Assembly (NCBI GenBank): GCA_046484245.1
Contig: JAWOBN010000115.1
Coordinates: 1-19,872, forward strand
Source of the DNA: a bacterium
Lineage (GTDB): Bacteria; Hydrothermota; 32-111
Direction of reading: 5' to 3'
Length of the DNA: 19,872 nt
Program-made: the position numbers and the translations under genes
Notes under the pieces: generated by a model
The model's input: the letters and a program-made list of their open reading frames with translations, nothing else
Database searches by the model: none
What the model was told of the DNA's origin: nothing
Part shown: positions 1 through 7,181 of the stretch, piece after piece
Layout: each line of letters starts with the position of its first letter
Position numbering within the stretch: position 1 is the stretch's first letter

Positions 1-359
1 ACCTGAATAGCGGATGTTGAGCCTACAGTTCTTGCAAGATCCGGTTCATATCCATAGCGAGTCAGAAAACTGTCCGCATCATTGGCAAATGTGACATATC
101 CGCCCGGATAGAGTATATAGTCATCATCACCGGAGGGATTGGGTATTATCCACTGTCCTTCTTGATCTCCAACCTTCCACCCGTCCAGACAGTAGGGACT
201 CCCAGTAGGATTATGAATTTCAATCCACTCATGATCCGGTTCTGAACCGGCAGGATCAGCTAAGTATTCAGTTATCAGAATAGGATGCCCTGCCAAAAAC
301 ACGGCAACTATCATCAAACCAATCACCACAACCCCATGTTTTACACAATACTTCTTCAT
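1..359 (-). CDS. Secreted lamin-tail-domain (LTD) protein, N-terminal part (runs off the window edge)
   Basis: Not in the ORF track; translated by hand from ATG at 359 with GGAG upstream: MKKYCVKHGVVVIGLMIVAVFLAGHPILITEYLADPAGSEPDHEWIEIHNPTGSPYCLDGWKVGD... Signal-peptide-like N-terminus followed by the LTD-type pattern I-x-E...DP.G...EWIEIxNP...LDGW. Confidence 0.8.
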   Translation of the reverse strand, partial: MKKYCVKHGVVVIGLMIVAVFLAGHPILITEYLADPAGSEPDHEWIEIHNPTGSPYCLDGWKVGDQEGQWIIPNPSGDDDYILYPGGYVTFANDADSFLTRYGYEPDLARTVGSTSAIQ

Positions 360-396
360 TACACATACTCCATATTATATTTAATTTACCACTCTA

Positions 397-425
397 AATA
401 TATCACTTTTAACCCTGAAATTCAA
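397..425 (-). promoter_or_regulatory. Putative sigma70 promoter for the LTD gene
   Basis: Minus strand TTGAAT (425-420), 17-bp spacer ending in TGA, then TATATT (402-397); extended -10. Confidence 0.4.
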
Positions 426-486
426 GTGCCAGGTTGACAAATCTACAGATCTGTAAAGGTGCCAGGTTGACAAATCTACAAATCTA
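424..486 (+). repeat. Left inverted repeat: two 27-bp units at 33-bp period
   Basis: GTGCCAGGTTGACAAATCTACAGATCT (426-452) and GTGCCAGGTTGACAAATCTACAAATCT (459-485). Confidence 0.95.
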
Positions 487-495
487 TGGTAGTTT
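467..495 (+). promoter_or_regulatory. Putative sigma70 promoter of the transposase gene, with -35 inside the left repeat
   Basis: TTGACA (467-472), 17-bp spacer ending in TGG, TAGTTT (490-495); RBS AGGAGG before ATG 521. Confidence 0.5.
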
Positions 496-520
496 ATTAA
501 ATAATAAATAGGAGGGGAAA

Positions 521-1495
521 ATGCCTAGACCAAGAAGAATTCAAAAAGAGGATGGTGTCTATCATGTATTCAACAAATTTGTTGACGGTGAATACTTCTT
601 TATGGATTTTCAAATCTATGAAATATTCAAAAGAATATTCTACAAGGATGCCCACCACTATAATATTGATGTACTGCTGTTGACAGCAATGCCCAGTCAT
701 TTCCATTCTATATTGAGAATACCTGAAAAGGACCTTTCTGAATTTCTACAGAGATACTCAACTAAATTTGCAAGATATGTTAATAAACATCTGGAAAGGA
801 AGGGCCATGTTTTTATGGGCAGGCATAAATCCAAACTCATATCAGAGGATGATTATTTCTTAACTGCCCTGGCATACGCAATTTATAATCCTGTTAAAGA
901 TGGATTAGTCAAGTCCCCTTATGATTACAATAAGACGAATTTTCCTGAACTAACACTCCCAAACAACAGAGAGGAGTTCAAATTTATCTATCAATTCTTT
1001 GACAAGGACTCTGATAAAGGCAGATTGAAATTCATCAACTGGATAAACAATATTGATATTTATGATCTACCTGAATCCTTTAATGAGAATAGAACACAAT
1101 TTTTTATGGATGATATTCAGAAGAAAAAGATACTGGAATCAATTGACCGAAGGAAAACCAATAAAAAAGTCACTTATGAGCAAAGGAAATCAGAACTTAA
1201 TAAAATTAGAGCAACAGACAAAGATGTTGATAAATTCATCAAAACACTTGACCCGGATAAAAAAATATGGAAAGATATATGGATAAATGAAGAAACATTT
1301 AAAAAACATTTAAAATGGTATTTACTGAGAAAATATGCAAATATGAGTTATAAAGACATTGCAATCATTGATAGAGAAAGGGGGCACAGCAATATATCTG
1401 AAGCAATAAGGCTAGTTAGAACAGATAAGAAGAAAACAAAAGTAGTAGATAATTATAGCAAAAAATTTATTAAATTTGTAGATTTGTCAACCTGA
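521..1495 (+). CDS. REP-associated tyrosine transposase (RAYT)-like HUH/Y1 protein with a C-terminal DnaA-domain-IV-like HTH, 324 aa
   Basis: MPRPRR start, YHV, MPSHFH (HUH), GHVFMGRHKS, Y-x3-NPV (YAIYNPVKDGLV). C-terminal WYLLRKYANMSYKDIA...RGHSNISEAIR resembles the DnaA C-terminal HTH. Confidence 0.85.
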   Translation: MPRPRRIQKEDGVYHVFNKFVDGEYFFMDFQIYEIFKRIFYKDAHHYNIDVLLLTAMPSHFHSILRIPEKDLSEFLQRYSTKFARYVNKHLERKGHVFMGRHKSKLISEDDYFLTALAYAIYNPVKDGLVKSPYDYNKTNFPELTLPNNREEFKFIYQFFDKDSDKGRLKFINWINNIDIYDLPESFNENRTQFFMDDIQKKKILESIDRRKTNKKVTYEQRKSELNKIRATDKDVDKFIKTLDPDKKIWKDIWINEETFKKHLKWYLLRKYANMSYKDIAIIDRERGHSNISEAIRLVRTDKKKTKVVDNYSKKFIKFVDLST

Positions 1496-1533
1496 CACTT
1501 TGACAGATTTGTAGATTTGTCAACCTGGCACTT
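1471..1533 (-). repeat. Right inverted repeat: two units at 33-bp period
   Basis: AAATTTGTAGATTTGTCAACCTGACAC (1472-1498) and AGATTTGTAGATTTGTCAACCTGGCAC (1505-1531, exact reverse complement of 459-485). Contains the transposase stop codon. Confidence 0.95.
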
Positions 1534-1561
1534 TTACATTTTCAAAAAAGGAGGTTTCTTG

Positions 1562-2659
1562 ATGGAAACATTGTATGATAAATATGCTAAGGTATTGGTG
1601 AATTATTCACTGGGAATCAAGGAGGGGGAGAAGGTTGTTATTTCAAGCAGTTATGCTGCTGAGCCGCTTCTCAAGGCGGTTTACAGAGAAGCGATAAGAG
1701 CCGGCGCTCACCCTATTGTTCAGACAAAGATAAATGGTCTGGAGAGAATCAGGTATGAGCATTCATCAGATGATCAGCTGGAATTTGTACATCCCATGAG
1801 GGAATTCATGATTGATAATTATGATGCATTTCTCAATATAATGGCTCCTTTCAATCTCAAGTCAACACAATCAATAAATCCCAAGAAGAAGAGAATGGTC
1901 GCTGAGGCAGGCAGGGATATACAGAAGAAATTCATGAAATACGCTGCTGAGAATAGGATAAGATGGTCGCTCTGCCAATTCCCCACTGATGCTGCTGCAC
2001 AGGAAGCAAATATGGGTACAGAAGAATTCATGGATTTTGTGGCCAATGCCTGCTATCTGTATCATGATGATCCTGTCGGGAAATGGAATGAAGTGCATGA
2101 AAATCAGCAGAGAATTGTTGATTACCTGATGAAGAGAGAGACAATGCATTTCAAATCCGCTGATGTTGATGTGAAATTCTCGTACAAAGGCAGGAAGTGG
2201 ATCAATTCAGATGGTCATAACAATATGCCCAGCGGCGAGGTATTTACAACACCTGTTGAAGATTCAATAGACGGCAAGATCCGGTTCTCATATCCCGGGA
2301 TTTTCATGGGCAATGAGATTGAGGATATCACCCTGGAGATAGAAGACGGTGAGGTGATAAAATGGAAAGCGGAAAAAGGCCAGGAATTGCTTGATGAATT
2401 ATTCCAGATACCGGGTTCAAGACATTTCGGGGAAGCAGCCATTGGCACCAATTACGGGATAAAGAGATTTATAAAGAATATGCTTTTTGATGAAAAGATA
2501 GGCGGTACAATACATATGGCAGTCGGCGCAGCATATCCTGATACAGGAGGCACCAATGAATGCTCTATTCACTGGGATCTTCTTGCAGATATGAAGGATG
2601 GCGGAGAGATATATGCTGATAGTGATCTGATATATAAAGACGGTGAGTTTATAATATAA
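1562..2659 (+). CDS. Aminopeptidase, peptidase M29 (AmpT/PepS) family, 365 aa
   Basis: NMPSGEVFTTP, FGEAAIG, LFDEKIGGTIHMAVGAAYP and SIHWDL motifs. ATG 1562 follows AGGAGG and is preferred over the track's start at 1517. Confidence 0.92.
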   Translation: METLYDKYAKVLVNYSLGIKEGEKVVISSSYAAEPLLKAVYREAIRAGAHPIVQTKINGLERIRYEHSSDDQLEFVHPMREFMIDNYDAFLNIMAPFNLKSTQSINPKKKRMVAEAGRDIQKKFMKYAAENRIRWSLCQFPTDAAAQEANMGTEEFMDFVANACYLYHDDPVGKWNEVHENQQRIVDYLMKRETMHFKSADVDVKFSYKGRKWINSDGHNNMPSGEVFTTPVEDSIDGKIRFSYPGIFMGNEIEDITLEIEDGEVIKWKAEKGQELLDELFQIPGSRHFGEAAIGTNYGIKRFIKNMLFDEKIGGTIHMAVGAAYPDTGGTNECSIHWDLLADMKDGGEIYADSDLIYKDGEFII

Positions 2660-2666
2660 AAATACA

Positions 2667-2704
2667 GGACCGGCTGACAAGGAGATTGCCGGCCGGTCCC
2701 TTTT
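2667..2704 (+). terminator. Intrinsic terminator between convergent genes
   Basis: GGACCGGCTGACAA / TTGCCGGCCGGTCC stem followed by CTTTT. Confidence 0.7.
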
Positions 2705-2732
2705 CATGAGCGGTAAATGGAATGTTAATCAA

Positions 2733-3989
2733 TTAGGGATATATCCCTCTGTCTCTATAAACCTTCTGCAGTTTATCCAATGCTTCTATATATGCTGCCT
2801 GGCGCAGATTACACCTGTGTTCAGCTGCAGATGCTTCTATTCTTTCATAAGCATCAATCACCCTTAATCCGAGCTTTCTGTTTATATCACTGAGAAGCCA
2901 GTATTCACTCCTCTTATTCTGCAGCCACTCAAAATAGTCAACTATCATCCTTCCGCTGTTTGCCAGTATGCCAGGTATCACAGGTATGCCTCTTTTCTCC
3001 AGTATTTTGTCTCCATCAGGTGTGGTTGCCCCATTGGCGCCTTCAACTATCAGTTTGACATCAATACTGCCGGCATTTTTGCTGTTGATCTGATTCTCCA
3101 GTGCTGATGATATGAACACATCACCCTTGAGCTGCATGAACTCCTCATGGGATATTGTTGAACCGTCTGTGTAATCCTTTGCCGGTTTCCTGTCCCGTAT
3201 GTGACTCTTCAACAGGTTGATATTCAGGCCATTTTCATTGAATACTGCACCGGAATAATTCTCAACTGCTATGATATCAGCGCCATTGCGCTTGAGTATT
3301 TTTGCTGCCCAGAATCCGGAGGAACCGAGCCCCTGTACAATAACCCTGAGACCATTCATATCAATACTGTTATTCCTGAGCCATCTTTCAATAATATAGT
3401 AGATTGCCTGTCCGGATGACTCCTCACTCCCGAGTGTGCCGCCCAGTTTTACAGGCTTGCCTGTTACAGCATGTCTGTTGGCATTTCTCATATGGGGTTT
3501 TACAGAAAGGAGAGAAGTGTCAAGCATCCATGCCATTATCTGAGAATCAGTATTGATATCAGGACCCACTATATCATAGTCAGCTCCAAGATTGGAACCG
3601 AGATTATAGATGAATCTCCTTGATATTCTCTCTATCTCTGTATCCGAGTATTCATAAGGATTGAAATTGATACCGCCTGCTGAGCCGCTCAGGGGAATGC
3701 CCATAAGTGCTGTCTTCAATGTCATCCATACTGACAGTGACTTTATCTCTTCCATTGATACAGATGGATGGAATCTGATACCGCCGTAATACGGGCCTGT
3801 CATATTATTATGCTGGACCCTGTATCCCGTAAACATCTCAATATTGCCATTGTCCCTCTTCACGGGGAAATTAACCTGAATCTCATTGAAGGGCTGCGCA
3901 AGAATACTGAATATCTGATCATTCCTGAACTGACTTATCGCATTCTCGTAATTATATTTGAAGTTGTCATATACACTATTTATCTTCAT
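2733..3989 (-). CDS. Glu/Leu/Phe/Val dehydrogenase homolog with a degenerate active site (probable non-catalytic/regulatory GDH subunit), 418 aa
   Basis: Co-linear with the adjacent GDH, but PYKGG becomes PYYGG, GGGKGG becomes SGSAGG, DIPAPD becomes DIVGPD, GRNKATGQG becomes GSEESSGQA and GGVIVSYFEW becomes GRMIVDYFEW. ORF intact, RBS GGAGG present. Confidence 0.85.
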   Translation of the reverse strand: MKINSVYDNFKYNYENAISQFRNDQIFSILAQPFNEIQVNFPVKRDNGNIEMFTGYRVQHNNMTGPYYGGIRFHPSVSMEEIKSLSVWMTLKTALMGIPLSGSAGGINFNPYEYSDTEIERISRRFIYNLGSNLGADYDIVGPDINTDSQIMAWMLDTSLLSVKPHMRNANRHAVTGKPVKLGGTLGSEESSGQAIYYIIERWLRNNSIDMNGLRVIVQGLGSSGFWAAKILKRNGADIIAVENYSGAVFNENGLNINLLKSHIRDRKPAKDYTDGSTISHEEFMQLKGDVFISSALENQINSKNAGSIDVKLIVEGANGATTPDGDKILEKRGIPVIPGILANSGRMIVDYFEWLQNKRSEYWLLSDINRKLGLRVIDAYERIEASAAEHRCNLRQAAYIEALDKLQKVYRDRGIYP

Positions 3990-4003
3990 TCAATGCCTCC
4001 TGA

Positions 4004-4031
4004 TATAAAAGGCAGGCTTATTCGCCTGCCT
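4004..4031 (-). terminator. Hairpin with short U-tract between gdh and the gdh-like gene
   Basis: Minus strand AGGCAGGC-GAATAA-GCCTGCCT followed by TTTATA. Confidence 0.55.
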
Positions 4032-4046
4032 GATTCTGATGAGGGT

Positions 4047-5312
4047 TTACGGGAAGATACCTCTTTCTTTATAGACAATATCAAGCCGTTTCAATGCCAC
4101 AATATACGCTGCTGACCTCCAGTCCACATCAAATTCTTCTGCTGTATTCCTTACTCTCTCATAACCCAATGTAATGATTCTGTGGAGTTTTTTATCCACT
4201 TCCTCCAGTGTCCAGAACTCACTCCTCTTATTCTGAAGCCATTCAAAATAACTCACAATAACACCGCCGCTGTTCGCCAGTATATCGGGGATCACATTAA
4301 TTTTCTTCTCTTTCAGTATTCTGTCGCCGTCAAGGTCAGTGGGGCCATTGGCTCCTTCTGCAATAAGTTTTACATCCAACCAGTCAGCTGTTTCTTTCGT
4401 TATCTGATTTTCCAGTGCTGACGGTATGAATATATCCGCTTTTGTCTTGAGGAATTCCTCATGTGATATCTTTTCTGTGTTCTTGAAACCGGCAACTCCG
4501 CCTGTCTCCTTAACATAATCAGCCAGTTCATACGCATCCATGCCCTCTTCGGATCTCACTGCACCTGTCACATCCTCTACTGCAATGAGTTTGCTCCCAT
4601 GCGCATCCATCAGTTTTGCAGCCCATGAACCGACATTGCCGTATCCCTGCACTGTATATGTTGCAGCTGAAAGGTCAAAATCATTATCCTCTGCCCATTT
4701 CTCAATGCAGAACACAACACCCTGGCCTGTTGCTTTGTTCCTGCCTATACTTCCGCCTGATTCAACCGGTTTACCTGTTACCACATGAATTGAGCGCTGT
4801 CTTTCCTGGGGAGGAAGGGTTGAAAGATAGGTGTCCAGTATCCATGCCATGATCTGCGGATTTGTATTCACATCAGGTGCGGGAATATCATATTCCGGTC
4901 CTATATTACTGCCTAATGCATAGGTAAATCTTCTTGCAATCCTCTCCAGCTCACTCTTTGAATACTTTGTCGGGTCTATCTGGATTCCGCCTTTACCGCC
5001 TCCGAGAGGTATATCAGCAATTGCTGACTTCCATGTCATCCAAGTTGCAAGCGCTCTCACTTCATTAATATTGACATCAGGGTGAAATCTCAGTCCGCCT
5101 TTATAGGGTCCCAGCACATTATTATGCTGCACTCTATAGCCTGTAAAGACCTCAACTCTTCCGTCATCCATCTTGACCGGGAAATTGACTATAATCTCAT
5201 TGGTTGTTTTGGAGAGTATTTTCCTAACATTCGGGTCAAGGTTTATCAAATCAGCTGCATTATTGAACTGTCTTTCCACTGTCTCATAGACAGATATCTT
5301 TTTATTTGTCAT
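4047..5312 (-). CDS. gdhA: Glutamate dehydrogenase (hexameric GDH family), 421 aa
   Basis: GPYKGGLRFHP, MTWKSA, LGGGKGG, DIPAPDVNT, VTGKP, GYGNVG, EGANGP and ANSGGVIVSYFEW all intact. ATG 5312 follows GGAGGT. Confidence 0.95.
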   Translation of the reverse strand: MTNKKISVYETVERQFNNAADLINLDPNVRKILSKTTNEIIVNFPVKMDDGRVEVFTGYRVQHNNVLGPYKGGLRFHPDVNINEVRALATWMTWKSAIADIPLGGGKGGIQIDPTKYSKSELERIARRFTYALGSNIGPEYDIPAPDVNTNPQIMAWILDTYLSTLPPQERQRSIHVVTGKPVESGGSIGRNKATGQGVVFCIEKWAEDNDFDLSAATYTVQGYGNVGSWAAKLMDAHGSKLIAVEDVTGAVRSEEGMDAYELADYVKETGGVAGFKNTEKISHEEFLKTKADIFIPSALENQITKETADWLDVKLIAEGANGPTDLDGDRILKEKKINVIPDILANSGGVIVSYFEWLQNKRSEFWTLEEVDKKLHRIITLGYERVRNTAEEFDVDWRSAAYIVALKRLDIVYKERGIFP

Positions 5313-5337
5313 TACTACCTCCGACAATCAATTGTTA

Positions 5338-5640
5338 TTAACGGTACTCCTCGCAATGCCAGACTCCGCCTTCCGGTTTTGAGAATGTGCAGGAATCCCT
5401 GTTGGCACAATTGGCACAGAGACCTGTCATTTCCTCTTCTTTATTGCTTTTTACTGTGCCGGTAAAATTCTCTCTGGATTTCTTTACTTCCTCATATCCG
5501 TCAAATTCCTCACACTGAAGGATTATGCTTTCTGAATTATGTGCATATATACAATCCTCAGCATGAATACATGTACTGCAGAGTCCGTCCAACTCTGTTC
5601 TCTTTTCCTTTAATGTCCTTGAATCATTTAGTGTTTTCAT
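5338..5640 (-). CDS. Small Cys-rich protein with two GLC-x2-C-x5-C-x11/12-CEE(F/Y) repeats, 100 aa, function unknown
   Basis: GLCSTCIHAEDCIYAHNSESIILQCEEF and GLCANCANRDSCTFSKPEGGVWHCEEY. ATG 5640 follows AAGGAG; the track's longer start overlaps the promoter candidate. Confidence 0.8.
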   Translation of the reverse strand: MKTLNDSRTLKEKRTELDGLCSTCIHAEDCIYAHNSESIILQCEEFDGYEEVKKSRENFTGTVKSNKEEEMTGLCANCANRDSCTFSKPEGGVWHCEEYR

Positions 5641-5674
5641 TTGACACTCCTTTTTTGAATTCACACTATAGTAA

Positions 5675-5690
5675 TACAATTTATATGCCA
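5675..5690 (-). promoter_or_regulatory. Putative sigma54 (-24/-12) promoter for the Cys-rich/gdh/gdh-like operon
   Basis: Minus strand TGGCATATAAATTGTA versus consensus TGGCACNNNNNTTGCW: GG-N10-GT rather than GC. Lies downstream of a sigma54 activator gene. Confidence 0.6.
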
Positions 5691-5786
5691 AAATTCACAA
5701 TAATTGATTATTTTAATTAAGTTGATTTTATTCAGGAGTTATGGGGACATTGTATTGATGACATATAGATGTTTTAATGGTCTTTA

Positions 5787-5824
5787 GCGGGTATATACTC
5801 GCCACCGGGGAGTTTTCCCCCGGT
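5787..5824. promoter_or_regulatory. Two tandem dyads, candidate enhancer (UAS) sites for the NtrC-type activator
   Basis: GCGGG-TATATA-CTCGC (5787-5802) and CGGGG-AGTTTT-CCCCC (5806-5821, within ACCGGGG...CCCCGGT). About 100-135 bp upstream of the -24 element, across an AT-rich spacer. Confidence 0.5.
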
Positions 5825-5828
5825 AAAA

Positions 5829-7181
5829 CTACCGTCCCTCTTGAATATTACTCTCATTGATCTTCTTTCTCAGTGTTTTTCTGTCAATATCCAGTATCTC
5901 GGCTGCCCTGGTCTTATTCCAATCAACACTGTCAAGCACCTTCTTTATATGATTCAGCTCCACTTCCTTCAATGTCCTGTTGATTCCGCCCCTGCCGTCA
6001 ACAGCAGAGTACTTCATTATAGAAGGCAGATCGGAAATATCAATTTTCTTCTTCTCATTCATTACAATAAGACGCTGAATGATATTCTCCAATTCCCTAA
6101 CATTGCCGGGCCAGTAATAATTCTTCAGCACCTTCAATGCCTTTGTGGAATATTCCGGTATCTCTTTCCCCATTTCCTCTGCATATTTCTCCGTGAATTT
6201 GCTGATAAGGAGAAAGATGTCATCACCCCTCTCTCTCAGTGGCGGCAGCTCAATATTCATTACATTGAGGCGAAAGTAAAGATCCTCCCTGAACTGATTC
6301 TTTCTGATCATTGATTCAATATCCTTATTGGTTGCAGCAATGATCCTCACATTAATGTGCTGGGGCTTACGCGCACCTATCATGTATGCCTGCTTGTCCT
6401 GGAGAACCCTCAGCAGTTTGACCTGCATGGACATGGACATCTCAGTAATCTCATCCAGGAAAATTGTCCCGCCGTCAGCTGTCTGGAAGAAACCCGCCCT
6501 GGTTTCAGAAGCCCCGGTGAAAGAACCCTTCAGATACCCGAATAATTCACTCTCAAGCAATTCCTCCGGGATACCGCCGCAATTAACAGGTACGAATCTG
6601 TGAGAAGAGCGGGGGGAATTGTAGTGTATTGCCCTGGCAACAACCTCTTTCCCTGTTCCCGATTCACCGTGAATCAGAACAGTGGCTATTGTTGAGGATG
6701 CCTTCAGTATCATCTGTCCTACCTTCCTCATTACCTTTGATTTGCCGAGAAGCTCCTCAAAGGGCATCTCATTCTCATCCTCGGGTTTTCTCATTTTCTT
6801 TATTCTCAGATCTGTGAGCACCTTTTCCACTGCTGCAAACAACTCCTCTTCCGTAAAGGGTTTGGTGATATATTCCTTGGCGCCTATCTTCACTGCTTCA
6901 ACAGCACCGTCTATGGACGGGTAACCTGTTATCATTATTACCTCTGTTTCAGGAAAGTGTTCCTTGACATGTCTCGTGAGATCCAGGCCGCCTATTTCCG
7001 GCATCTTCATATCCGTTATGACAAGATCAATATCCCCTGACTGTAGTCTGTCAATTGCAGTATTGACATTGTCTGCAGTAAATACCGTATAATTACGCGA
7101 TTTAAGATTGCGGCTTATAAGCTCCAGTGTATCATGATTATCATCAACAACCAGTATTTTATTATCACTTTTATTGACCAT
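5829..7181 (-). CDS. Sigma54-dependent response regulator (REC-AAA+-Fis HTH; NtrC/AtoC family), 450 aa
   Basis: ILVVDD and ITDMKMP receiver motifs; GESGTGKE Walker A; ELFGYLKGSFTGA (GAFTGA variant); FLDEI; WPGNVRELEN; C-terminal NKTRAAEILDIDRKTL. Confidence 0.95.
   Translation of the reverse strand: MVNKSDNKILVVDDNHDTLELISRNLKSRNYTVFTADNVNTAIDRLQSGDIDLVITDMKMPEIGGLDLTRHVKEHFPETEVIMITGYPSIDGAVEAVKIGAKEYITKPFTEEELFAAVEKVLTDLRIKKMRKPEDENEMPFEELLGKSKVMRKVGQMILKASSTIATVLIHGESGTGKEVVARAIHYNSPRSSHRFVPVNCGGIPEELLESELFGYLKGSFTGASETRAGFFQTADGGTIFLDEITEMSMSMQVKLLRVLQDKQAYMIGARKPQHINVRIIAATNKDIESMIRKNQFREDLYFRLNVMNIELPPLRERGDDIFLLISKFTEKYAEEMGKEIPEYSTKALKVLKNYYWPGNVRELENIIQRLIVMNEKKKIDISDLPSIMKYSAVDGRGGINRTLKEVELNHIKKVLDSVDWNKTRAAEILDIDRKTLRKKINESNIQEGR

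Larger units (their letters stand above)
424..1533 (+). mobile_element. Inverted-repeat-bounded RAYT/Y1-transposase cassette (about 1.1 kb)
   Basis: Single HUH Y1 gene, visibly AT-richer than its neighbours, bounded by 63-bp inverted repeats (424-486 and 1471-1533; 58/63 identical by manual alignment). No target-site duplication seen. Confidence 0.65.

Noticed and set aside
426..485. 33-bp-period repeats as a mini CRISPR array
   Set aside because: Only two units per side with 6-bp gaps, mirrored at the other end of the gene, and no cas genes.
521..1495. Classical IS200/IS605 TnpA
   Set aside because: About twice the usual TnpA length, RAYT-type motifs plus an HTH, no tnpB, and inverted-repeat ends rather than subterminal hairpins.
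1517..1561. Upstream TTG start for the aminopeptidase
   Set aside because: It lies inside the right repeat; ATG 1562 has a strong RBS.
2733..3989. Decaying gdh pseudogene
   Set aside because: No stops or frameshifts, RBS intact, structural motifs kept, and the notable changes cluster at active-site motifs.
5641..5691. N-terminal extension of the Cys-rich ORF
   Set aside because: It overlaps the sigma54 promoter candidate and lacks an RBS; ATG 5640 has AAGGAG.
5700..5735. IHF site between the enhancer and promoter
   Set aside because: AATCAA cores are present but neither completes WATCAANNNNTTR; noted only as an AT-rich spacer.
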